A stretch of DNA of 64,000 bases from an uncultured delta proteobacterium (GTDB taxonomy: Bacteria > Desulfobacterota > Binatia > Bin18). The first letter of the stretch is position 1; every line of letters begins with the position of its first letter. Below the pieces are notes generated by a model. That model saw only the letters and a program-made list of their open reading frames with translations. It was not told the origin of the DNA and ran no database searches. The stretch is taken from NCBI GenBank assembly GCA_963733195.1, contig CAVTCR010000062.1:288001-352000 (forward strand), read 5' to 3'. The translations under genes and the position numbers were made by a program. Below, piece after piece: positions 35,736 to 47,685 of this stretch.

Positions 35736-36830
35736 CTACATCACCACCACACTACGAGCGACTTCGCCTTTTTCGAGTGCAGTCATTGCCGTGTTCACCT
35801 CATCAAGCGAGTACGTCCGTGAAACGAGTTCGTCGATCTTCAGCTTCTTTTTCATGTAGAGATCGATGAGTCGTGGCATATCGACGTGCGGTCGGGCCGA
35901 GCCGTACACCGACCCTTTAATCACTTTTTCCGTCAGCAGACTCGACGCTGGAATCGTTACCGTGTCTTCCCGTGAAGGCGCACCAACCACAATCGTCGTC
36001 CCACCTTGACGTGCGCACGCATACGCTTGCTCAATGGTCTTGCCTAACCCGATCACTTCAAACGAATAATCCGCACCACGCCCTTCTGTCAGACTGCGCA
36101 CGGTCTTCACCAATTCTTGCTGAGTGGGGTTAATCGTATGAGTGGCACCAAACTGCTTCGCGTATTCCAGCTTGTTATCCATCAAATCAACACCGATAAT
36201 CGTCGCTGCGCCAGCAATCGCGCATCCCTGGATCACATTCAGTCCGACACCTCCACAACCAATCACCACACAATTTGTTCCAGGCTCGACTTTTGCCGTA
36301 TTGATCGCTGCCCCAACGCCCGTCATTACGCCACAACCAACCAGACATACCTTCTCTAACGGCACGTCATTCGCCACTTTCACACAGGAAGTCTCCGCCA
36401 CCACCGTATACTGGGCAAAACATGATACCCCAGCCATGTGGTAAATCTGCTTGCCGTTCTTCTTCAGACGGGTAGTGCCATCTAGAAGGGTTCCCTTCCC
36501 CATCGTCAAGCGCATATTGTCACATAATACTGGTCTCCCGAGGGAACAGTAGTAACAATGTCCGCAATACGGCGCGAACGACAACACCACATGGTCGCCT
36601 GGTTTGACCATGGTTACTCCAGGGCCGATCTCTTCGACGATTCCCGCACCTTCGTGTCCGGGAACAACGGGCAGAGGAGAACGTAACACTCCATGAATAA
36701 CAGAGTAGTCGCTATGGCAGACACCATTGGCGACGATCTTTACCCGGACTTCCCCCGCTTTGGGGTTATCGAGATCAATCTCTTCAACCTTCAGTGGAGT
36801 CTTGAGTTCATACAGCACCGCAGCTTTCAT
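35736..36830 (-). CDS. Zn-dependent alcohol dehydrogenase (class III-like)
   Basis: GVCHSD, GHEGAG, CxxCxxC-x7-C, GCGVMTG, GCGGVG. Confidence 0.92.
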   Translation of the reverse strand: MKAAVLYELKTPLKVEEIDLDNPKAGEVRVKIVANGVCHSDYSVIHGVLRSPLPVVPGHEGAGIVEEIGPGVTMVKPGDHVVLSFAPYCGHCYYCSLGRPVLCDNMRLTMGKGTLLDGTTRLKKNGKQIYHMAGVSCFAQYTVVAETSCVKVANDVPLEKVCLVGCGVMTGVGAAINTAKVEPGTNCVVIGCGGVGLNVIQGCAIAGAATIIGVDLMDNKLEYAKQFGATHTINPTQQELVKTVRSLTEGRGADYSFEVIGLGKTIEQAYACARQGGTTIVVGAPSREDTVTIPASSLLTEKVIKGSVYGSARPHVDMPRLIDLYMKKKLKIDELVSRTYSLDEVNTAMTALEKGEVARSVVVM

Positions 36831-36934
36831 TTGAATTCCTCCTTATCTGAGCAAGTAGTAGGCAACTTGATTTGAGTTCCCAGGAGTTCCCTTCACGCAA
36901 TACGTAACACGTATCACGTTTTCCGTATCACGTT

Positions 36935-37924
36935 TCACGTTCCGTCCCGCAATACCGAACTTTCCAAAATTTGTACTGATGCAGCATGTGGATCGATTTT
37001 TCCTTCACTGACCTCTTCAAGGAAATGTGCGAACGCAGAATCAGTCCGCGCCTTTGTCGTCAGCCGCCGCCGTACCTCGTATTCCACACGAGACAGAAGC
37101 TCTTCCCGGCGACGTGTTTTGCGACGTCGGTCCAATTCCCCACTCTCACCAAGGTATTGATGATGCTGCTCAATCGCTTCATACAGTTCGGTCATCCCGA
37201 TGTTGTTGAGCGCTTGCGCTGGCAAGACGGGAATACGCCAAAACGATTGTCCGGGCTCTGGATGTGGCAAGTTGCTATATTTCAAGTCGAGCATCAACGT
37301 CAGCTCAGTCTGCATGCGATCCGCACCATCGCGGTCGGCTTTGTTCACCACGAAGATGTCAGCAATCTCCATCAGACCGGCTTTCATCGCCTGCACCCCA
37401 TCACCAGCCTCTGGCACAACTGTCACAAGCACCGTATCAGTCGCCCCCATCACATCCAGTTCAGTCTGTCCAACTCCCACCGTTTCAATCAGCACGTAGT
37501 CACGACCAGAGGCATCAAGCAATTTTGTGACATCTTTGGTCGCGCGGGAGAGACCACCGTGACTTCCACGGGTCGCCATGCTGCGAATGAAAACACCTTT
37601 ATCGAGGTAATGCTGGGTCATACGAATGCGATCACCGAGTAACGCGCCACCAGTGAACGGACTCGAAGGATCAATTGCTACCACTCCGACTGTCTTCCCT
37701 GCTTTTCGCATCAGAGCGGCTAGACGATCAACCACACTGGACTTGCCTGCGCCAGGAGGGCCAGTAATCCCGATGGTAAACGCCTTCCCAAGCCGAGGAG
37801 CAATAGCTTCCAGAATAGGGCCGACTTCACGACCTTCCCGTTCAACTAAGGTCATCAAGCGTGCCAGCGCAACTTCATCACCGGCAAACATCTTGTCGAG
37901 TAACTGTATAAGCGTTATTGCCAT
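36935..37924 (-). CDS. meaB: methylmalonyl-CoA mutase-associated GTPase MeaB/ArgK
   Basis: GITGPPGAGKS, DPSSPFTGGALLGDRIRM, ETVGVGQ, NKAD. Confidence 0.93.
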   Translation of the reverse strand: MAITLIQLLDKMFAGDEVALARLMTLVEREGREVGPILEAIAPRLGKAFTIGITGPPGAGKSSVVDRLAALMRKAGKTVGVVAIDPSSPFTGGALLGDRIRMTQHYLDKGVFIRSMATRGSHGGLSRATKDVTKLLDASGRDYVLIETVGVGQTELDVMGATDTVLVTVVPEAGDGVQAMKAGLMEIADIFVVNKADRDGADRMQTELTLMLDLKYSNLPHPEPGQSFWRIPVLPAQALNNIGMTELYEAIEQHHQYLGESGELDRRRKTRRREELLSRVEYEVRRRLTTKARTDSAFAHFLEEVSEGKIDPHAASVQILESSVLRDGT

Positions 37925-38255
37925 GTAGGTGGTTCTCTCTCCTTGTCGGTAAGCGTTTAGCCATCAGCGATCAGCTTTCAGCATGATGGCGTTTTCATCT
38001 TCCCACCTACTGACGACTGACTACTGAAATCCTGACTCCTGACTTAGCAGACAACATTCGTTTCTTTAAGATGGGCAGACGACGGGCGAAAAGACACTGT
38101 CAAAGTAAAATGGCTTTGCTATGTACGACGTAAAACGTAAAGCGTAAAACGTAAGAGGAAGAAATGAAGAGTTAGGCCTCACGTCTCACGTGTTGCGTAT
38201 TGCGTGTTGCATATTATTACGCGTTGCTCAAAACTCACTGCCCAGGAGACCCCAC

Positions 38256-39031
38256 ATGGAATGGGACACGATTCGGTTAGAAAAAGAAGGACAGATTGGA
38301 TTTCTCATCCTCGATCGTCCAGCGTCGCTCAACGCAGTTAACGACCAACTCATCCTCGACTTGGAAGAGGCGTGTAAAGCTATTCAGGCAGACCAGATCT
38401 CCGCGTTGTTGTCGTGAAAGGTGAAGGGAGGGCATTTTGTTCGGGAATGGATTTACGTGCGGCGGCGAATCGACCAGCCACCATTGAGGCGATCCGCTCC
38501 ACCTGGTTGCCGTGGGAACGAGCACTGCAAATTCTCGATAACCTCAACCAGTTAACCATCGCCTCGATCCATGGTCCTTGTCTGGGTGCTGGTTTTGAAT
38601 TGATTCTCTCTTGCGATTTTCGTATTGCCGCGAGCACAGCGTTTTTCTCCTCACCGCAAGTGCTTTACGGCTCTCCAGCCGACGCGACATCAACCTATCG
38701 GCTGCCCCAACTCATTGGCCTGGCAAAAGCAAAAGAGATTGTCATTCTCGGTGAGCGGTTTGATGCAGCAAAAGCCGAACAATGGGGATTGTTAACCAAG
38801 CTCGTTGAGCCCGAACGGTTAACCGAAGAAACGCAGAAGCTCGCTGAGCGCTGTTTACAAGTCGGGTGGAAAGCCGCGGCAGCGGTGAAACATCTCCTTG
38901 CTCGCTCGTGGCAGCTCGACCTACAGACGTTAGAGCAAGAGATCGATCGCGGCCGTACCGTCTCATTGGAGACCAGTGAGTTTAGTGAGTCGATGGAAAT
39001 GTATCGGGAGAAGAGAAAGCCCCGCGTTTAG
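38256..39031 (+). CDS. enoyl-CoA hydratase/isomerase family, frameshift near 38400
   Basis: LDRPASLNA, GEGRAFCSGMDL, IHGPCLGAGFEL..CDFRIA. Confidence 0.85.
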
Positions 39032-39074
39032 GCTCTGGGATTTAGGAATTGGGAAGAAGGCTTTACCAATCAAT

Positions 39075-40325
39075 ATGCAAGACCGTCGTCTAAAGAGAGA
39101 CCCACTAACTCCCAGATCCCAACTCCCAACTCCTCTCAGTGAGCTGATGCTCCGTTTCATCACCGAACTCCGCACCGCCGGGCTGCGCATTTCCATTGCC
39201 GAAAGTATGGACGCCATGGAGGCGATTGGTGCTGTTGGTCTTGAACAAGATCTCCTCCGTGAAGCACTCGCTGCAAGTTTGGTGAAAGAAGAAGACGATC
39301 GCTTCACGTTCGATGAAATTTTTACCCGTTTCTTTGCGGGTCCGAAGGGACACCGAAAAAGCAAACTACAAACCAGCTCCGGCGAAGGCGAGCGACAACA
39401 GACAAAAACACAAGGAAATCTTGGCCGTCCGCAAGAACGCCCACCGGAAAAACAGCAACCTCGTGAGTCCATGACCTTGCAACGCTCAGAGCAACCAAAG
39501 GAACGAGAATCAGGTCCAACCTCTTCCTCAGAAACGCAGGGAAAAAAACGCGATCAAGAGGAACAAGCAGAGCAAAAGCCAACTCCTAACTCCCAACTCC
39601 CAACTCCTAAAAACAAAGCGCTGCTGGAGAAACCGTTTCACCTTTTCGATGCTCGTGATGTTGAAGAAGCAAAAGAGTTAGTTGAGGTCCTCGCTCGCCA
39701 ACTGCGTGGACGGCTGAGCCGTCGTTACAAACCACGTAAGCACGGTCGACTCGATTTCCGCCGCACTATTCGCGCATCTATCAGTCATGGCGGAGTTCCA
39801 ATTGACTTACGGTTACGTGATCGCCGCCCAGGAAAGCCTGATCTCATTGTGTTCTGCGATCTTTCCGGTTCTGTCGCAACAGTAAGTGACTTCCTACTTG
39901 CACTCATTGCCCCAGCATCGTCGTATTTCCGACGGGTACGCACGTTCGCGTATGTAGACCGCTTGTGCGAAGTGTCATTCGAGCATGGGCATATCGTACC
40001 GCACGCAGAGCTTGATCTTTATGCACGATCTGATTTTGGCAAGGTCTTGCAACACTTTTGGCAACAAAACGGAGAGCTGATACTCAGCCATCAAACCCTG
40101 GTGCTTGTTCTTGGAGACGCACGTAACAATCGTCGTCCGCCACGTCCAGATCTTTTGGTCCGCATCCGCGACTCTACCAAAAAACTCGTATGGCTCAACC
40201 CAGAACCCCCTTCACGTTGGAATACCGGAGATAGTGTGATGAAACTGTACAAACCTGTCTGTGACATGGTCTTGGCGTGTGGTAATTTGCGGGAACTGTT
40301 CATCGCATTAAAGCAAGCTTTTTAA
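39075..40325 (+). CDS. VWA domain CoxE-like protein (start 39075 or 39147)
   Basis: F...LR.AGL, LDFRRTIRAS, CDLSGSV MIDAS, LGDARNN, WLNPEP...W.TGDS. Confidence 0.88.
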   Translation: MQDRRLKRDPLTPRSQLPTPLSELMLRFITELRTAGLRISIAESMDAMEAIGAVGLEQDLLREALAASLVKEEDDRFTFDEIFTRFFAGPKGHRKSKLQTSSGEGERQQTKTQGNLGRPQERPPEKQQPRESMTLQRSEQPKERESGPTSSSETQGKKRDQEEQAEQKPTPNSQLPTPKNKALLEKPFHLFDARDVEEAKELVEVLARQLRGRLSRRYKPRKHGRLDFRRTIRASISHGGVPIDLRLRDRRPGKPDLIVFCDLSGSVATVSDFLLALIAPASSYFRRVRTFAYVDRLCEVSFEHGHIVPHAELDLYARSDFGKVLQHFWQQNGELILSHQTLVLVLGDARNNRRPPRPDLLVRIRDSTKKLVWLNPEPPSRWNTGDSVMKLYKPVCDMVLACGNLRELFIALKQAF

Positions 40326-40335
40326 GGACGGATTT

Positions 40336-41226
40336 ATGAAGTACGAAGATGCAACGAAACACCCCGCCCATCCATCTGCGACTATGCCTCCTGTCCCTCT
40401 TACTCTCGAAGGCTGGAGCATGCTTCATCAAATGTTCCGTATTCGCTGGACAGCTTGGCGAGCACTTGCTGCTCAACAGCAGAAAGAAATTCTTGAAGAA
40501 GCAAGTGTAGCACTGGCAGAGATGGAGCAACGAAAAGATGGACAAAGTGCGCTCTTCTCTATGCTCGGTCACAAAGGAGATCTGCTGCTGTTTCATTTTC
40601 GTAAGACGTTCGACGAACTTAACGAAGCTGAGTTGCAGCTTGCTACGCTGCGCCTTCACGAATTTCTTGAACCAACGACTTCATACTTATCAGTGGTCGA
40701 AATGGGACTGTATGAAGGAAGTACGCGCTTATACGCCGCGTTGCAAGAAAAAGGAATTCAACCAGGAACTGCAGAATGGCAACAAGCGGTCGACGCCGAG
40801 CTCGTGCGACAACGACAAGCAATGGGACAACGGCTCTGGTCAGAGATCCCACCGCGCCGCTACGTCTGTTTCTATCCAATGGATAAGAAACGCGGCGAAG
40901 TAAACAACTGGTATAGTGCGCCTATCACTGAGCGTCACCTCATGATGCGCGACCACGGCATGATTGGTCGCAAGTATGCCGGACAAGTGACGCAGATTAT
41001 TTCTGGCTCGATCGGTTTTGACGACTGGGAATGGGGCGTTGACCTCTTCGCTGATGATCCGCTGGTATTCAAGAAACTAGTCTATGAAATGCGTTTCGAT
41101 GAAGCCAGTGCGTTATACGGCCTTTTTGGCACCTTCTACGTCGGATTGCGTTTCATGGCGAAGGAACTTGGAACATTGCTGGCTGGGAAGACGCCAAGGT
41201 TCGTACCGGAACAATCTTCACGATAG
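40336..41226 (+). CDS. chdC: coproheme decarboxylase / heme-dependent peroxidase (HemQ/ChdC, Cld family)
   Basis: TLEGW..LH, GHKGDL, SVVE, FYPMDKKR..NWY, HGMIGRKYAG.V.QIISGSIGFDDWEWGV. Confidence 0.85.
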   Translation: MKYEDATKHPAHPSATMPPVPLTLEGWSMLHQMFRIRWTAWRALAAQQQKEILEEASVALAEMEQRKDGQSALFSMLGHKGDLLLFHFRKTFDELNEAELQLATLRLHEFLEPTTSYLSVVEMGLYEGSTRLYAALQEKGIQPGTAEWQQAVDAELVRQRQAMGQRLWSEIPPRRYVCFYPMDKKRGEVNNWYSAPITERHLMMRDHGMIGRKYAGQVTQIISGSIGFDDWEWGVDLFADDPLVFKKLVYEMRFDEASALYGLFGTFYVGLRFMAKELGTLLAGKTPRFVPEQSSR

Positions 41227-41324
41227 CGGTGCTCTTGAGGCTATTCTGGCAAAATGAATCACCTACGCTGAGGAACCGATTCACTTGCTACAGTCGCCTC
41301 AGCGTTCATCATAAAATCTGACGC

Positions 41325-41748
41325 TTACTTCTTCCCACTGTTCATCGCCTGGCTCAGCGCCTGCCGATACGGATATGTATCCATGTAGATACGCAAGACC
41401 TTGAACTTGCCTTTTTCATCAAAAGTCCAAAAGTTCAGATTGTTCATCACAATTGGTGCTCCGTCTTTTGTCTTGCCTTCGAGATGCAAGGGAGCGACTA
41501 GTTTGCGCCCGTCGATGACAATGTCCGTCGGTCCGGCGTGGTAATCGACCAGGCTGCTCACCAGGTTCGTATAGAACGCACGCAACGCGGTTTTCCCGCG
41601 AATTCCTTCTTCGCCTGTCATCGGGTTAATGACGTGCGCGTCATCAGCAAACAGTTCGAGAATCCCGTTCAACATTCCCCTTGGTGACGTTCTCGAAGTA
41701 CGTGCGTGCCGCTTGCTCCATCGCTTCTTGCTCGACTGTGCGTGGCAT
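41325..41748 (-). CDS. NTF2/SnoaL-like protein, frameshift near 41670
   Basis: Start MPRTVEQEAMEQAARTYF joined to ILELFADDA...IRGKTALRAFY...FDEKGK...YMD. Confidence 0.75.
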
Positions 41749-41770
41749 GACGTTCCCTCCTTTTTGGACT

Positions 41771-44700
41771 CTAGACGGTAGACTCTTTCAAGTAATCGCG
41801 CAGACTCCTCGCCGTATGCGAGGTGCGCCAATGCTTGAGAAGCTCCTCGGGCGGACCACAGGCAACGATGTGGCCTCCGTCCACGCCTCCCTCCGGCCCA
41901 AGGTCGATAACGTAGTCAGCTTCTTTGACGATGTCGAGGTTGTGTTCGATCGTCACGACAGTGTTGCCTTTATCTACTAGGCGATGCAATGCGTGGATCA
42001 ATTTTTCAATGTCAGCAAAATGCAATCCCGTCGTCGGTTCATCTAACACGTAGAGAGTTTTTCCCCGCGATTCCTTTGCTAGCTCATACGCAAGCTTGAT
42101 ACGCTGCGCCTCGCCACCTGAGAGTGAATTACTTGCTTGTCCAAGAGTGATGTAGCCCATGCCTATATCATCTAACAATCTGAGTGGTCCCGAGATTTTC
42201 GGTACACCGTGAAAGAAGGTGGCCGCTTCTTCAATCGTCATATTGAGCACATCGGCAATGTGTTTACCGTTGTACGCCACTGACAGGGTTTCTTCGTTAT
42301 AGCGTTTGCCACCACACTCCTCACATGCCACATACACATCCGGCAAGAAACTCATTTCCATTTTGATCTCGCCCTGCCCAGCGCATGTTTCACAACGTCC
42401 ACTTTTGACGTTGAAAGAGAAACGACCAGGTAAATAACCCTTCAATCGGGCTTCAGGGAGGAGCGCAAACAGTTTGCGCACTTCATCCCAGAAACCAACA
42501 TACGAAGCCGGGACTGAACGTGGCGTTTTCCCAATCGGCGTTTGATCCACTTCCACCACGCGTTCGATAGGATCGATTCCCTCCATACGGTCATGCAGGC
42601 CCGCACGACCAGCGAACGAGCCAAGTTTCTTCTTGAGTCCTTTGACCAAGACCTCTTGCACCAGCGAACTCTTGCCAGAACCTGATACGCCAGTCACACA
42701 GGTCCAGGTCCCGACGGGAATCCGCACATCAATGTTGCACAGGTTATGTTCCCGTGCACCAACGATAGATAAGTGAGATCGATTATCTAGCGACCGTGCC
42801 GGTCCGAGGCGTGGGTGCGAACTCTGGAGAAACCGTCCCGTCACCGAGTCGGGATTATCTTTCAAGTCGTCCGGCGTACCGATCGCGATCACTTTACCAC
42901 CGTTGACTCCAGCGCCTGGGCCAAGATCAATGACAATATCCGCACTCGCGATGGTCTGTTCATCATGCTCAACAACCAGCACCGTGTTGCCGCGCTGCTG
43001 CAGGTTGCGCAGCGTCGCAATCAGCCGTTCGTTATCACGTGGATGTAGACCGATCGTCGGTTCGTCAAGGATGTAGCATACACCACGGAGGTTGGAGCCA
43101 AGTTGCGCAGCTAGACGTATGCGTTGCGCCTCGCCACCAGAGAGGGTGTCGGCGCGACGATCAAGCGTAAGATACGAAAGTCCAACTTCGTTGAGGAACG
43201 ATAGCCGCGGCACGATCTCTTTCAAGATCGGTTCACCAATCATCGCGTCACGCTGTGACAGCGGCAGGGTCGTCATGTGTTGCAGACTATCGCCTGCCGA
43301 CATCGCCATCACTTCCCAAATCGCGTGATGACAGACTTTCACCGCGCGTGCGCGAGGATTAAGTCGCGTACCTACACACGTAGGACATGGAACTTCCGTC
43401 AGAAACTGGCTCGGATACAGGTTCGCGTCTTCGCCTTCACTGCCAGTAATAGCATCGTTGAGAATCGTAAACGCACCACGCACGGTCTTGTCGTCACCGA
43501 GGAACACTAACCGGCGCTGCTCGGTACTCAACTCACCAAACGGTCGGTCTAGTGGTACTCCATGTTTTTTCACATCACGAAGCAACTTCGCATGCTCGCG
43601 ATGAAATTCAGAGCGTGTGAGCGGGAACAACGCCCCATCATTGAGCGATTTACTGTTTTCCGGGACCACAAGTGCCGGATCAAACTCCCAACGTGCCCCG
43701 AGGCCGGAACAGTCTGGACACGCCCCCTGGCGACTATTAAAAGAGAAAAGGCGCGGGTCTAGCAACTCATATCCTAATCCACACGCCACACAGAACAGTT
43801 TCTCACTGTAAGTGCGTTCACCACCTTCACCTTTGAGATGAACTGCGCCATTACCCACCCGAAGCGCTGTTTGCAGCAACGGCTCGATCTTCTGTACTGC
43901 TCCGTTAACAGTCGCACTCCCAATGACGATCTCGAGGTCGTGTTCCTTGTAACGCGCCAGGCTCATCCCTGACGTCAGTTGTGTCATACGCCCGTCAATA
44001 AGCGCCTGCTTGAATCCCAGCTTGCGTGCACCTTCTAATGTATCCTTATGAAAACCTTTGCGCCCACGCACCACCGGTGCCAGGAAAGACACTTCTTGGC
44101 CACGAAAGTCACTGCGTAAGCGATCAAGAATCTGACTGCGGCTTTGGACCGACAGCGGTTGCGCACAATTCACACAATGTTGCACGCCAGCCTTCGCATA
44201 TAACAAACGGAGATAATGCGAGATCTCGGTAATGGTTGCTACTGTCGAATTGCGACCGCCACGACTCATGCGTTGCTCGATCGCCACAGTGGGCGGAATG
44301 CCAGTCAGCAAATCCACGTTGGGTCGCGCCATTACTTTGATGAACTGGCGCGAGTAGGCAGACAGGCTATCGATATACCGTCGCTGTCCTTCGGCATAGA
44401 CAATGTCAAACACCAGTGTCGATTTGCCGGACCCGGATAATCCTGTAACCACCACCATCTCATCACGGGGAATCTCAACCGAGAGGTTTTGTAAATTGTG
44501 CTCTTTGGCACCGACGACGGAAATCAGCTCGCAGTTGGGGCTGAGGGCTGGGGGCTGGAGGGCTGAGGTTTAGATTTTGACTTTTGACTTTTGACTTTTG
44601 ACTTTTGACTTTTGATTTTGACTCTGACCGAGCAACCTGCGCGAGATATTGCCCCGTATACGATTTCTTGACTTTCGCCACTTCCTCCGGCGTCCCGGTG

Positions 44701-47468
44701 GCAATCACTTCTCCACCCCCATCTCCTCCCTCAGGGCCAAGGTCGATCACGTGATCAGCGCATTTGATAACTTCGAGGTTATGCTCGATGATTAACACCG
44801 AGTGACCTCGATCGACAAGTTGATTGAACGCATTGAGAAGCTTCTGAATGTCGGCAAAATGTAAGCCTGTCGTTGGTTCATCGAAGATAAAGAGTGTACT
44901 CGTCGCTTGCTCATCTTTTCCATCTTTGAACAACGAAACAGGGGTTTCTTTTTCCCTGCCGATGTGGGCGGCAAGTTTCAATCGTTGCGCTTCACCACCT
45001 GAGAGAGTAGTCAACGACTGCCCGAGGCGCATGTACTCCAAACCAACCGCGGCGAGCGGTGTAATCCGCTTAATAAGTTCCGCTTGCTTAGAGAAGAACT
45101 CTAACGCTTCAGCAACCGTGAGGTTCATGATCTCGGTCAGATTCTTCCCCTGATACATGACTTCCAGGACTTCTGCGCGGAAGCGTGTTCCATGACACTC
45201 TGGACACGGTACGTACACATCGGAGAGAAACTGCATCTCGATTTTTTCAAACCCTTCACCTTTGCACGTTTCGCATCGTCCTCCTTCCACATTGAAGGAA
45301 AAGGTTCCAGGGGCGTATCCGCGCAACCTCGACATCTCGGTGTCAGCCAACAGGCGGCGAAGCGGGTCGAAAGCTTTTGTATAGGTGAGGAGATTCGCTC
45401 GTGGCGTCGTGCCAATCGGCGCCTGATCAACAAAGATCACATCCGCGAGATTCTCCCCACCAGTGATGTCACGACAGGCGCCAGGAATCCCCACCGCTTC
45501 GCCTTTGCGCTTCTTCAAATTGCGGTACAAGACCTCTTCCACCAAGGTAGATTTTCCTGATCCTGACACTCCGGTGATACACACCATGCAGCCGAGCGGA
45601 ACCGAGACTGTCACATCCTTGAGATTGTGGGCCGTCGTGCCGCTGATTGTGAGGGCCGGCTTGCCTTTTACACTCCGGCGACGCTTTGGCACCGCAATTT
45701 CTGCACGACCTGACAAGTACTTCCCAGTCAGCGAACGCTTATCTTGAAGGATCTTGTCATAGGAGCCAGCAAAGACGACATCACCCCCTTTCTCTCCAGC
45801 GAGTGGTCCCATATCAAGAATGTAGTCTGCCTCGCGAATGATTTCCGGATCGTGCTCGACCACAACAACCGCGTTGCCATTGTCACGCAAACCCTTGAGA
45901 ATCCGCACCAAGCGATGACTGTCGCGGGGATGAAGCCCGATCGATGGCTCATCGAGAATGTAGAGCGTATTCACCAACGAGGATCCAATCGCGGTTGTGA
46001 GATCTACGCGTTCGAGCTCACCACCTGAGAGGGTGCGCGACTGGCGATCAAGGGTAAGATACTCAAGGCCGACTTCAACCAAAAAACGTAATCGTTTGCG
46101 AATCTCATCAAGAATGAGGTGGGCAACTTGATCCTGAAACACCGAAAGTTGCAGATCGCGAAAAAAGGCGTAGCATTCACTAACACTGAGTTGGTTGATA
46201 TCGGCCAATGTTTTCCCGCCGACACGATAGAGCAGACCATCGGGTTTGAGTCGCGCTCCTTTGCAGGTCTCGCAGGGAAAGTAGCCACGATAGCGCGCAA
46301 GGAATACGCGCACGTGCATCTTGTAGGCCTTCCCTTCAAGCCAGCGAAACCAGCCACGGACGCCGTAGTAATCGCCATCACCATCAATAACGATCCGTTG
46401 CTGCTCAGCCGTAAGTTCTTGCCATGGTACTGTCGCCGGAATCTTGCGTTTTTGACAGAACGACACCAGCTCGCGTCGTTCCCATTGCGCGGCTTTGATC
46501 CGCCACGGCTTGATCGCTCCATCTTTCAATGACAGCGTCGGATCAGGGACAACCAGGTCAAGGTCAATATCAATCGTCCGCCCGAATCCACGACAGGATT
46601 CACATGCGCCCAACGGACTATTGAAAGAGAACATGTTGGGCACCGGTTCTTTGTAGGTAATGCGGCAAGAGGCACACTCCAGTTGATCAGAGAACGGCAG
46701 CTCGTTGTTGTCATCCTCAGGAAAGATCAGGATCAGCCGACCTTTGCCATAGCGAAAGGCTTGCTCTAACGAGTCATGAATACGTTTTTTACTCCGATCA
46801 TTGAGCACGAGGCGATCGACCAATACAGTGAAGTACTCTTGTCCTTCGACTGGCCGTTCGCCGAGTTCTTGAATGTCGAGCACCTCGCCATTTTCGACTA
46901 AGCGATGAAAACCGGAATGTAACAAACCGTCACGGATTTCCGTCCACGGCAGCGACGGCGGAGCTGATATCGAAAAGGTCACGAGGAATCGTGCATCTTC
47001 GGGACGTGAGGCCGAGAGTTTGCGAAAGACCGACTCCGCTGAATCACGCTCAACGACTTCGCCGCATTGGCGACAGTGCAACACACCGATCTTCGCGAAT
47101 AACAACTTCAAGTGGTCGTGGAGCTCGGTCATGGTGCCAACCGTCGAACGTGACGTCCGCACCGGACGGTTCTGATCAATAGCGATAGCGGGCAGGATGC
47201 CTTCGATTTTCTCGACCTTCGGTTTATCCATGCGGTCGAGAAACTGGCGCGCATACGCAGAGAAACTCTCAACGTACCGCCGCTGTCCTTCGGCATAGAG
47301 GATGTCAAAGGCGAGGCTCGACTTTCCCGAACCACTGACACCGGTGACCACGGTCAGTTGGTTCAGTGGGATCTTCACATCGATATTTTTAAGGTTGTTC
47401 TGGCGCGCGCCGGTAATCGTAATCGCATCGGCGTTAGTATTAGTGTTTCGTACTCCGTTGGTGCTCAC
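41771..47468 (-). CDS. uvrA: double-length excinuclease ABC subunit A (two fused UvrA units), frameshift in the linker near 44540-44570
   Basis: Four Walker A motifs ([16 protein letters not shown]), four LSGGE signatures, Zn fingers; second unit begins [14 protein letters not shown] without its own start. Confidence 0.9.
44537..44623. repeat. two abutting heptamer arrays (GGGCTGA-like and TTTTGAC) in the UvrA linker
   Basis: ttttgac x5 plus variants; gggctga/gggctgg variants. Confidence 0.9.
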
Positions 47469-47685
47469 CCACGTCCTCCACTGAAGGCAGGGGTCGGGTT
47501 TCAGAGATCGGGGATTAGTTTCCTAAGTCTGCAACTTCTGTAAGCCTTTTTCACCAACCCTGACCCCTGACTCCTAGCCCTTAACATCATACTTCGAGTG
47601 TAAATCGTCCCTCTTCATAGTCGCTGCATGCCAGTGAGTCCAGACGGGCACTATGCTACAGTGGGGGCGTTTCAGGAGGCTTTGC

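Noticed and set aside
44575-44623. Phase variation of uvrA through the TTTTGAC array
   Set aside because: Losing one unit of this array shifts into a frame with TAA at 44570-44572, so it does not restore the fusion.
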